From Cycas panzhihuaensis (lineage: Eukaryota > Plantae > Cycadophyta): a DNA stretch of 64,000 nt. Made by a program: the position numbers and the translations under genes. Of this stretch, positions 1 to 10,895 are shown one piece after another. The notes under the pieces were generated by a model. It did not search any database, had not been told where the DNA came from, and worked only from the letters and a program-made list of their open reading frames with translations. The stretch lies in the NCBI GenBank assembly GCA_023213395.1, contig CM041465.1, positions 214,837,741 to 214,901,740 of the forward strand. Direction: 5' to 3'. Every line of letters begins with the position of its first letter. The stretch's first letter is position 1.

Positions 1-770
1 CCCACAGGGCGGAAGGGAGTTGGATGTGCCAGTCTCTTTGAGACTGGGCAACGGTTTTCTTCAAAATGCCGACAAGCGTTTTCTTGAAAGATTCAACTTG
101 CACGTTTGCTTGGGGGTAATAAGGGGATGACGTCTTATGCGAGATCTTAAATTTCTCGCACAATTCGTCCATTTCCTTATTACAGAAGGAAGTTCCATTA
201 TCCGTAATTAGGACATCTGGAATTCTAAAATGACAGATAATATGCTGGTAGACGAAGGTGGCTATCGTCTTGCCAGGAGTAGTGGACAGGGGGATTGCCT
301 CCGCCTATTTAGTGAAGTATTCGGTAGCGGTTAAGATATATTTATGTTGTGCGGAAGATGGCGGTGATATAGCCCCAATGAGGTCTAAGCCCCATTGAGA
401 AAAGGGCCACGGAGACACGATAGGGTGCAACGCCTTGGAAGGTATGTGAGAGACGTTGGCGTGCTCCTGACATCGCTGACATCTAAGGGCACAAGCAGGG
501 GCATCCTTGAACAAGGACGGCCAGTAATAGCCCATGCGGAGGATCCTTTGGGCCATGGATTGGCCCCCAAAGTGGCCCCCACAAATGCCATGGTGGCATT
601 CACGGAGTATTTGGTCCGCTTCGTAAGGAGCGACGCAGCGATGCAGGATCCCATCGAAAGATCTCTTGTACAACACTCCATCCACGAGGAAGTGCTACCT
701 AGCAGTGGCGCGGATATGCGACCTAACTTTATTACTGGCCTCAAGGCGATATTCTTGCTGAGTCAGATAT
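1..770 (-). pseudogene. Gypsy integrase (H2C2 zinc-binding region plus rve core), with in-frame stops
   Basis: ORF 305-685 gives ECHHGICGGH...CQRCQ and WGLDLIG. The core continues (ITDNGTSF, YYPQAN) to the window edge after a TGG>TAG stop. Confidence 0.92.
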
Positions 771-922
771 CACACAATATCACCATACCACTCACTGTCG
801 ACGAGTGGGTGGGGAGAAGCATCGTGGATGGTCATGATAGACTCGTCCGGGAAAGAGTCGTCAACAGGAATGCCGCTCGCGTTGGGAATGGCAGCATCGG
901 ATAATTGCTCTGCTACTATCAT

Positions 923-2330
923 TCACTTCTTCGACTTCCTGTTAATAACTTGTAAGTCGAACTCTTGAAGCAGGACGGCCCAACGTCCCGCCCTACCTGT
1001 CAAGTCCGAACGGGTAAGTAAGTAACACAAGGGATCAGATTGAACGATCACCTTGGTTGTATTGCCAAGCAAGTAATACCTAAACTTCTTGGTCGCATGG
1101 ACCAAGGAGAGGCATTCCTTTTCAGCGAGGGGATAGTTTAATTCAGCGGCAACGAGAGTGCGGCTGATGAAATAAATAGCCCTCTCGGTTCCCGAATCGT
1201 CCTCCTGTGTGAGCATTGCACCTAGGGATTCGTCGATTGCCGAGGTGTATAGGATGAAGGGCCTATCAAAGCGAGGAGGCGCCAGCGTAGGGGCATAAAT
1301 GAGAGCTTCCTTGAGCCCTACAAAGGCCTTTTCGGTCTTGTCTGACCAGACAAAAGGGGCTCCTTTCTTCAATAGGTTCGTAAGAGGCTTGGCATTTATG
1401 GCGAAATTTGCCAAGAAACGCCTCAAAAAACCGAGCCTGCCTAGAAACGACTTAATTTGTCGTTAGGTCTTAGGCGGCGGCATGTCAAGGATTGCCTTGA
1501 CTTTTTCTGGATCGATTTGGATTCCTTGCTGGGACACGAGGAAACCCAAGAGTTTGCCTGAAGTGATGGCAAACACGCATTTTAGCGGGTTTAGACTAAC
1601 ATGATACTGGCGACATCTCGTGAAGATGGCGCACAAGTCGGAGGGATGATGGGCCCTGGTACGCGAAAGGCCCATCATATCATCCATAAAAACCTCCAAC
1701 GTATTGTTGATGAGGTCGTGAAAGATAAAATGCATGGCTCTCTGATAAGTAGCCCCTGCATTCTTAAGACCAAAGGGCATTGCCTTGTAGGCAAAGGTAC
1801 CCCATGGCGTAGTGAAGGCCATTTTGTGGCGGTCTTCAGGAGAAATCTGAATCTGGTTATAATGAGATCATTCCATCAAGGATATAACTTCAATCCAAAC
1901 AGACGATCGATTATTTGATCAATGAAGGGAAGAGGAAAGTTGTCCTTAGGACAAGCATTATTTATGTCGCGAAAATCAACACAAATACGAATGGTCCCGT
2001 TCTTCTTAGCAACGGGAACGATATTCGATACCCACTTAGGGTAGTCGATGGAAGAAACGAGTCCCGCGTCCAGAAGCTTCTCAACTTCCATCTTAACGGC
2101 AGCTGAAAGCTTCAGGTGAAGGGGACGCTACTTTTGACGCACTGGGCGAGCGTCAGGAAAGGTCGTAAGGTTATGTGTGACGATGGAGGGGTCAATGCCC
2201 TTCATATCCGAGTAGTCCCATGCGAATACATTGCGGAATTCCCGGAATAGGAGGGAGTATTCCTTCACTTCGTCAGGAGTACATTCTGCTCCTACCTTAA
2301 TGACCTTGTTCGGGGCAAGGACTATGTCCT
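923..2330 (-). pseudogene. Gypsy reverse transcriptase and RNase H, with stops and a frameshift
   Basis: ORFs 1876-2091, 1463-1822 (MPFGLKNAGATYQR, VFMDD) and 923-1426 (ELNYPLAEKECL, GRWAVLLQEFD). Confidence 0.95.
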
Positions 2331-3129
2331 AAGTTGCCCCCATGCATATGGCATTCCCCTCCTCGAAATGGAGGGGGGCAAGATCAACCGAAAGAGAGGA
2401 AACGGAAGAAGGGATTGGGTCGGCTAATGTGGACCCAATCGCTAAGACCTTCTGGTGGCCAAGCTTGTGGTGACCAGGAGGCAAACTAGGCATGGAACCT
2501 GCTAAGTGTTCCAACAATGCCTCATCGTCTTCGAAGTAGTCCACACCATGGATGACCTGACTTCGAATGGACGAGGCGCGGGATAGCATAGGAGCGATAG
2601 GACCGGTATGGCCTGAAGGCTGCCCATCATCCCTAAGAGAATCTGAAAGAGAGTCAAAGAGAGGTCCCTCGTAAAAAGCTAGAGGGAAACTCTCAACATC
2701 ATCACCTACGGGAGGTGACGGGAAGGAAGAGCTAGGAACGTGATGATTGATATGCGCAATGTCATGTGACATGTGAAAATGACCAGACTCTACAACAAAA
2801 GGGGTCATAGGAGGAAACCTAGGACTAGGGGGGTGCCCTGCACTAGTGTGGAGAAATGAAACTGGGTGAGGACGCTCCTAATCCTCGCTATGGGACCCGT
2901 CATCGTAAAACATTGCGAGGTACCCATAGCTCTCGACACCAATGGGGGCGAAACACGTCAAATCAGGAGAAGAAGATATGGGATCTTCTTCACGGTAAGA
3001 GGAATCAGGGATTCCAATGGAGCAAGCCAAGACATGGTCGGAAGGGCATTTATTTCCCTTTGTATGGCCATGGCTCGCCTGGGCAGAAGGCTTAGCTTGT
3101 TTGGCGAGCGATCGCTCGCGGGAGACAAC

Positions 3130-3609
3130 TTTCATTTGCCCATTATGGACAAATTTAAGTTACCCCCAACGGGTGGAACATACGGCTCCCATTTGGTCAA
3201 GCCATGGTCTACCCAAAAGCAAGTTGTAATCAACGTCAACATCGAGGACGACGATGTTAGTAACGACAGTCTTGTCCTCGAGGGTAAGGGGTATCGAGAC
3301 AGATCCTAGACAAGTCTTCTCGCTACCGTCATAACCCTAACAACGCCATGGAACAGGTTCCAAGGCAGAAATGCCAAGCTCTTGCATAACGCGCAGGGGC
3401 ATGGCATTGACAGAAGAACCGTTGTCCATGACAGTTCTTCGCAACGTGCAATCAGGAGTATCTATGGTAATGGTGAAAGGGAAGTTCCATTGGCATTCCC
3501 TTCCACTAGATATGGGAAGATCTCTGGGATCAAAGGAGATGACGGGTTCGCAGCTTTGGGTTGTGCCCAAGGCATGAACGGATGCGTCATTCGATCCTAG
3601 AGCTTCCAA
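3130..3609 (-). pseudogene. Gypsy aspartic protease
   Basis: VMDNGSSVNAMP active-site motif in ORF 3337-3609, followed by NLLLGRPWL. Confidence 0.85.
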
Positions 3610-4499
3610 GAGGAGCGTTCGCTACTCGGGGCAACTTCTCAAGACGTCTATGATGGACATCCCGGCAACCACAGTGAGAAGCTCTTCGACTACGGAGAAG
3701 GGCTTACCCCTCCCTGTGGGTTGGGTAAGGGCTCTCCTAAAGTCGAATCTATCGGGGCGGATGGGAATGCTCTTGGGAAGTGCGGGAATCTCCGGAGGAA
3801 CGACTTCCGGAGGGAGATCGAGTTGCGAGGTAGATGCGGAGGTGCCTGTTGCCTCCTTCGCGACTTGAGACAGGGTCAACACGTAAAGGGGAGTGGTCTC
3901 AAGCATTTGGATCACCTTCTTTCTCTTGTTGTGGGACTGCAGAGGTGATGGAGCATGGCGGTCAGGGGAGCGCGAAGGGGAAGATGGCCTTCACACACCC
4001 TTCCCTCTACCATGCGAAGGGCGAGAATCGGGGGATCTATCCCGATTCTGATTGTTCTTTTGTTGAACATCATGACCACGTTCCCCATGTTTGGGGAACG
4101 GGTCTCTATGAACAGGCTGATCGAGGTTAGGCCTCGATGCCTGCCTAGGGGACGAATCGTGCGGTGGGGCGTCGCATGGGTGCTGCACTTGACAACGCGA
4201 ATCGTCGTGGAAACACTCCCCGTGGATGGAACACCGCCTCTTCTCAAGGGGAGGATCGATCCTCCTTACTTGAGAAGGCTAGGTGTTACCCCCTTTGGGG
4301 GGCATCGCATGAGAAGCTTGCTGAACTGGTTTATGGGAGGTCGGCGACCAAGGAGGTTGGAGTTTAAGCTCCTTCATCGTGCGCTCAAATGAGCGAATAG
4401 CAGATGTAAGAGGATCTAGGGTCCTCTCAGTCAGATGAGAGGTGGGCCTAGCGAGCTGCGAAGGCTTGGTTTCCTTCGCTAGGGGAGGCACCTCACGAC

Positions 4500-6204
4500 G
4501 TTGTGAGGGCTTAGGAGGTTTCTAGAGTCCAGCTTGGATCTCAATGGCCTCCAACGCCAAGCACCTCGTGATCGCAGAGTCACATGTGGTTGCCCCCATC
4601 TTAAGGACTTCCACATGCACTTCGGGGTAAAGCGCGTTGACGAAGAGATCTCGCTTCAACTCTTCAGGTAACGTGGCCTTGGTAGAGTGAAGGAGATCAT
4701 GAAAGCGTCACACAAAGTCATGATTCATTTCGTCGTGACCTTGTTTAAGCAACAGAAGCGCTTTCATTCCACTTTTAAATGGATGGGCTACGTCAAAATA
4801 GTTGACGAACTCATCCACCAATTGCTGGAACGAAGAAATCAAATGAGCAGGAAGACGGTAAAACCACTTGAGGGCGTCGCCCTGCAAGGATCGCAGAAAA
4901 AGCTTCATCAGAATATGGTTGTAAGCCCAATAATCGATGCACGCCATAGAGAAACTACGTACGTGTTTGGTTGGGTCTTGCGACGAAGTTCCATTGAATT
5001 TGGGAACTTCAGGAGGGTGAGGCGGCAGGTTAGTCCTTAGCGCCTCAACAGATAATGGCGTCGACCTATAGTCCATAAAAGGACGTGTCCTCACTTGGGC
5101 TAATGGATCGATGACTGGTAAAGGAATGGATAGGGGTGGTAAACCCATCCCTCCTTGGGGAAACGCCCCTTGTTGGAAAGGGGGTTGCGGGTAAATGCTC
5201 TGAAAGGGAGGTATGTTCCCTTGCGAAGACGCGGCAATAGGAGTTGCGCTAAACGGCAGAAACGAAGGGTGAGGGACCGGGTTTTGCCCATATGGGCCAC
5301 CCGTAGGTGGCGCAACTCCATACAGGTGCAACGGGTCCACCCCATAAGTAGGAAGATGGTTTCCCCTAGCTTGCCCCCAAGGTTGAGACGTGTAACCTGG
5401 GGGCACATAAAGGGAAGGACCAGCAGCAGAGTTTTGAACGTATGTAGGAGTGGGTCCTACATAGTTGATGGCAACAGCACTAGTAGGGCCTCGAGGCCTA
5501 CTAGGGAACGCATGTGCCACGTTTGAAGGTGGCGCATGCGTTTGACTCAGAAATGGCATGCTAACCCCAAGTTGGGGAAAAGACATGCCACGAACGGGTC
5601 CAGAAGAAGTAGGACCACGGCTAGAAGCAGGCGGCGCAACGCTTACCCTAGGAGCCGGGGTAGACACGGCATAGGATGAGTGTACGCAGGCATAAGCATC
5701 AATCATTGTAGAAGGCGCAGGGATGGATGAGGAAGATGCTACATTGCGCAATACTTCTTCAAACCATCTAGGGTGCGGTTGGCGGCGAGTGGTTCGGAAA
5801 TACTCGCTAAGTGCTTCGACTACGTCAGCAGGAGGGGTATCCTCGTAGCCATACGAAGTCGATGGGATCTCGAAAGTAGGGGATCCCTCAGGACGCTCCT
5901 CGTAAGGCTCACCAGTGGGGTGGTGAGTCTCGTGAGGGGCTGAATCTTCCGCTGCATGAGCGGAAGGATGAAAGTCAGTAGGGTGAAATTGGTCATCTGG
6001 ATAGTAGATGGAATCATCGCCCCCATGGGCGGATTCCGGAATAGATGCAGGGAACTCTTGAGTTCCCGAGGTCATGGTATGGTAGGCCCAATCGGACGGG
6101 TAACCTTCCATTGTCGAATCGGGGTTAGACGATGGAAGGGAACGAGGCGATTGGTCTTCTAAAAACGGCGGCAAACCTCGCAAGTGACGTGAGAAACGTC
6201 GCAT
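4500..6204 (-). pseudogene. Gypsy gag: long Pro/Ser-rich N-terminus followed by a retrotrans_gag capsid domain
   Basis: 498-aa ORF from ATG 6204 ending in PEVPKFNGTSSQDPTKHV...KLFLRSLQGDALKWFYRLP...LKQG. The stop at 4708 looks like CGA>TGA and the frame continues. Confidence 0.88.
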
Positions 6205-6365
6205 GCAACGCCTTTGTGAGCGTTGTCAGAAGAAACAAAAAGGAAAAGAAGGAAAACGAAGCAAGCACGTTGGGGGTTGCCCAACTGAAAACACGGAATA
6301 AGAAACTACCTAGAGGCAAGAACACCAACAAGAAGGGGAAGCGTATTTAGCTCCCTTACTGGCAG

Positions 6366-6383
6366 CCCCCAGTATGGTCGCCA
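6366..6383 (-). promoter_or_regulatory. Primer-binding site, tRNA-Arg-like
   Basis: Minus strand TGGCGACCATACTGGGGG lies 1 nt after the LTR-terminal CA and resembles the TGGCGACTCCACTGGGGA PBS of Tat/Ogre elements. Confidence 0.8.
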
Positions 6384-6384
6384 G

Positions 6385-8881
6385 TGAAACGCTCGCTACG
6401 GGGCGGTGATCCTACGTCTAGCAAAAAGGAATAAGAATGCACTATGCTGTCTAAGCTAGGTAGCGAGGACCTCACCTCGCAGGGCGTTCGTGCGCCAGAG
6501 CGTGGATTCAAGACTGCAAGGTGCCTGGTTGCTTCCAGGTAGTCGTGCAAAACAAGGCCTTCCTACCCTTCGGATGGCTGGGAAGGAGAGGGAATGCCTT
6601 GCGTGTTGCGTCTTCTCAAGGCAATGAGAAGGCAACGAAGGGAAGGGTAACTAACTAATGTACAAGCAAATGTGGTAAAAGGCGCGATGGAGGGGCAGCT
6701 CGGATACGATACAATCAAGCTATCTATGCTACGCTATATAAAGCAAGAAATAATACAAAAAGATGAATGCTTTCCCTTTTTCCTTTATGATCTTTTACAA
6801 TTTCCTAACTACTCAGGCAAATGCATGAAAAAGAAACAGTGTAAAAGGGGACACACAGGAAGCAAGGGGAATACCTGGATCCGACGCTTGAATGGAGGTG
6901 CGGCTCGTCTCTCTAAGCCCCGCTCCTTCCTTCTCCGTTCACCATGCATGCAATGCCGATCAGCGGTAATTGCCAGAAGCGATGGAAGAGGGGTTCACTT
7001 ACCTCCCCTTGAGCATGCAAAACCAAATAAAATGGAAAGAAACAGAAAAAAGCTTGAAACTAAAGAAAGAGAGGTACTACACGGGGAACTAACCGGCAAC
7101 GGGCTCGTCCCACGTATCACTCCACCAATGCATGATCCTGCAAATAAGTAAGAATGACACCTTCCTCTCAAGAGAGGGCACAAGATATACCAAGAAATAT
7201 ATAGATATATAAACTGAAATCAATTGAAACTAAGATCTGAGCTAAGCATAGGAATATAACCGAATGAAATAACAGCATACAAGAAACACTCTCACCACCA
7301 TGTACCATGAACACACTCGAAATGGAACGGAGTATAGCCTCGGGATGGCTAACTCACCCACGGGAGACCTCCACAGAACTCGGGAAGGAAAACTAGTTAG
7401 AAATGAGGTAGTGATGGGTTGTCTATGCCGATCGGAATGCCCTAACTAAATCCCCTAACCTCCCTTAGCCCATTCCCTAAAAAAGCGCGGATGGCAAAGG
7501 GAAGGAGGACAAGGGACGAAACCCTTGGGGAGAAGGACAATAATGGGGGACAGAACCCTGCCTACCTCCCTCAAATCCTCGTATGTACACCTTTACACCG
7601 GCTAGCTAAGGAAAGGGTGAAAGAGATAGCCTAGGGAAAATGAGGGGCTCCAAAGAAACAACGGGAAAGTACCCCTAATCTAGAGCAACACTATGAAGAG
7701 GACTATAGCTAACTAAGATCACATTCATTGAGGAGCAAAAGAAATAAAAATAAAAAAGGGAAATGAATTGAACTTGCAAGTAGAAACCAGAAGTACCTTG
7801 TATGGGGAAGATCAAGCATGCACTTTGCCACTAGGAACAGCAGCAATAGACAACATATAGGGACTGGTTATGAGTGGTTCTTTGCAAGAGTAGATGAAGA
7901 AAACTCCTTGCAAGGTTGGAGCCTTAGAGTTGGATCTTGAAGCAGCTTTTTGGGTGAAAAAGTCACTTGAATCCTTGAGCACCTGCAAAGAAGAATGGGG
8001 CTTCTTTGTGGAAGCGATGAGGCGTGCAATGGCCCTGCAAGTCCAGCTGATGGCAGCCCACTTCACCTTTGTCCAGTTGCTGTGTATGAAGTTTTCTGTT
8101 TCTTTGTGTTTTTCTTGTGTGAAAGTTAGAAATTCTTCTTAGCAGTTTGAAAAATGGCCAAAAGATCTGAAAAATGGGGAGCAAAATCCCCTTTATCCCC
8201 CCTGTTCACAGTAGGTGAACGTTGGGGATGTCAGAGTGACTCAAATCAATCAATGCCACGCGGCAGTTTCACGAAAAAACGGAAACTGTCGCGTGGTTCT
8301 CTTTTTTTAAATTTCAAACAGTCGTACCGCTGTAAACTCTGCGGTACCACTGAAAACTCTGAGGTACCGCTAAGTTTACAGCGATATCAGCCTGGAATCA
8401 AAAAAAGAGAAAAATGAGTAGAAATATCAGGTTTTAGGGCAAAAATCAAGGCTAAGCATAAGTTAGAGCAGCTAAGGGAATGCCCATGCAATGGGTAAGT
8501 ACCCAAAATAATGCAAAGGGTCCTAACTAAGGATTAAATCAGACTTAGGAAGGACTGCAACATAAGCAACATGTCGTAACGAGAGCAAATAGGACTGACG
8601 AAAATATCCCGGGAGACCGTGGAGACACCGTGGGTGGCTGTGCGCCATATGGGGTGTAGCATTCACTGAGGAATGCCGCCACTGTGAGTCGTCATAAGCT
8701 GATAGTGTGTCGTAGGCACATGCATTATGAGCAAGTAAAAAAGTAATGCATGTAGGCAGGCATATGTCAAGCAACCTACTCTAAATAACCTCAACCAAAT
8801 AAGAGCAAGAAAAATAAGAAAATATACCTGAACAAACCTGCGTCGATGCGTCTCGGGTCCATTCCCAGTGGTTGGGAAACA
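6385..8881 (-). repeat. 5' LTR of Gypsy copy A (~2.5 kb)
   Basis: Minus strand starts TGTTTCCC (8881) and ends GTTTCA (6385) next to the PBS. Sequence switches abruptly to AT-rich beyond 8881. The partner LTR is outside the window. Confidence 0.72.
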
Positions 8882-9579
8882 TATATCTAACTTTATAATG
8901 CATTTAATAAAATATAAAATCCAATATAGCTAAAGTATTGGTCTTATTAAACTAAACCATGGAAAATTTTAGGAGTGATAATTAAATATAAATTTTTTAT
9001 TTTGGTCAAAAATATTATCGTGTGGATGGAACTCTGATCAATAGCATCGATTGTGGGACATAGGTAAATAGACAAATGGAGCTGGAGATGAGGATAACCT
9101 AGTTAGGGTTTGGTAGTACTATTATGGTGCAGAGGAGACTAAGCCAGGGCTGAGATAGCCAGGAGTTGGAGCTCGAAGATACTTAATGCTACGGGGTGAT
9201 GATAGATGCCCATCTCAAGAGAACATAAGGCTAGTAAATAGTCATGTAAAGGGGATTCGAGGGAGACTCATAGGACGATGCCTTAAGGGATAAAATTTGA
9301 ATAGATGTAGCTTTCATTCATCCTTAAGTATATGCACGGGCCCTCATCCAGTAGTGGGGGATAAAAACCATAGTAAAAAGATAGAAAGGAAGGCTTAGAT
9401 CAAGGAGAAACTCCAAGAGCTAAATCAAAGGTGTAGAGAAGGTAGCCCTAGAGGGGAACCATAGGATAGCAGCAACTGCCTCAAAGCCATAAGAGGGGAT
9501 TCAATATGTTAAGTAAGTAATTTTCCAGCTTGCTAGTTCTATGTTTTTATGTCTCGATCAATTAATTTTATCACATCAA

Positions 9580-10400
9580 ATGGAGGAAACACATCATATA
9601 AACTAGACTCAGTCTCCCCATCTAGGAAGGACCTATCGAGATGCTTTAAAAATCGAAGATATAGACTAATCCAATCTACCAAGATAACCTAATTAAAATA
9701 CCTATACCAAAAGACCTAACTAAAAAGATGAAGAAATACTGACAGAACAACCTAGTAGGTAGGTTCTCAGGGCCCAGAACAAGGCTTGATATTACTAGAA
9801 AATGGTTGGTGATCAAATGGAGAATAAAGAACCTAGTGAAGGTTATGGCTATGCTAAAAGGGTGTGTCTTATTTAGGTTTGCTATCTAGGAAGATATGAT
9901 AGGCATTCTACTAAAAATCTCCATGGATGCTTGGTCGAAAGGCAATCGCTCTAGAAAAGTGGCATCCAAATTTTAACATGTCAGTCCCAACAGTGAAGCA
10001 AGCACTAATATGGGTCCAGATGCTAGAGTTACCCCTACAATTCTAGAATCTAAAAGAAATAAAAGGTGTGTCAAGAGCAATAGGTCCTTTACTGTCCATT
10101 GATTCAACAATAAAGAACATAACCTGACTAATAAATGCCAGATTTTATATCTTGGTAAGGCTTAATAAAATCCTCCCAAATGAGGTGAGGATTGAATCTG
10201 AAGGGTAGAGTATCGACCAGAAGCTAGTATACGAGTTGGATAATTTCAAATGCTCTAGATGTAGATGCATGTGGAACCTCACACTAAAGTGCCTAAGGGA
10301 CCTAAAGAAGGTCGGGGAAGGTGAGAAGGAGGGCTCGAGTAATGACTCTACAGGTCCAGAAGTGGAAGTAAGGTAGTAGGCCGTAGACGATACCCAGATG
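9580..10400 (+). pseudogene. L1 ORF1 remnant (DUF4283-like region and zinc knuckle)
   Basis: IWVQMLELPLQF* at ~10010-10047; degenerate CX2CX4HX4C (FKCSRCRCMWNLTLKC) at ~10245-10292. Confidence 0.6.
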
Positions 10401-10895
10401 ACCAGTGCAGAATAGCCCCCTCAGGATAAGGAGCTAAAGGAAGGAGTAAAGACCATTAATTAAAAAGAAGAGAACATCCTCTCTTAGGAAGGTGAGGAGA
10501 AGAACTTGCCTAAGGGATAGGAGGAGGTGAAGCTTGGGTCTATAGAGACTGGGGATGGGTGCCAGGCCAATAACTATGGTCAAGGTAATACACAACCTAG
10601 GGAGATCCCACTACTGAGAGAAGGGCAAAAAGCCTTATTAGCACGAAACATATGTAGATAATAAATGGGAAAGGGCTGCAATAGGAACCAGCGAGCCAAA
10701 GAAAAGGTCCAGATTTGGGTAGCAACAGGAGGGTCAGAAGACCTTCTAAAAGAATGGTTTGAGAAAGGGAGACTATATCCCAAATTGACCAAGGGTACCA
10801 GAGAACCCTGAAGGAAGGGACAATTTAAGGACCATTTTTTAGGAGTAGGAGATGACCCTCTGATACTAGGGGTGAGGGAGGGTTCAAAGAAAGCA

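Larger units (their letters stand above)
1..8881 (-). mobile_element. Ty3/Gypsy LTR retrotransposon, OTA superclade (Tat/Ogre-like), copy A; 5' LTR through integrase core, continuing off the left edge
   Basis: Minus-strand domain order gag-PR-RT-RH-INT. RT motifs NIVPVAKKNGTIRICVDFRDINNACPKDNFPLP and VFMDD; INT SPWPFSQWGLDLIG...ATEYFTK; tRNA-Arg-type PBS; long LTR. Confidence 0.95.

Noticed and set aside
2880-2930. YLAMFYDDGS as the start of an additional RNase H
   Set aside because: No downstream RNase H motifs, and the DG is not conserved at this position in copies B and C.
395-6350. Many plus-strand ORFs of 60-170 aa over Gypsy copy A
   Set aside because: Shadow ORFs of GC-rich gag-pol, with no recognisable motifs.
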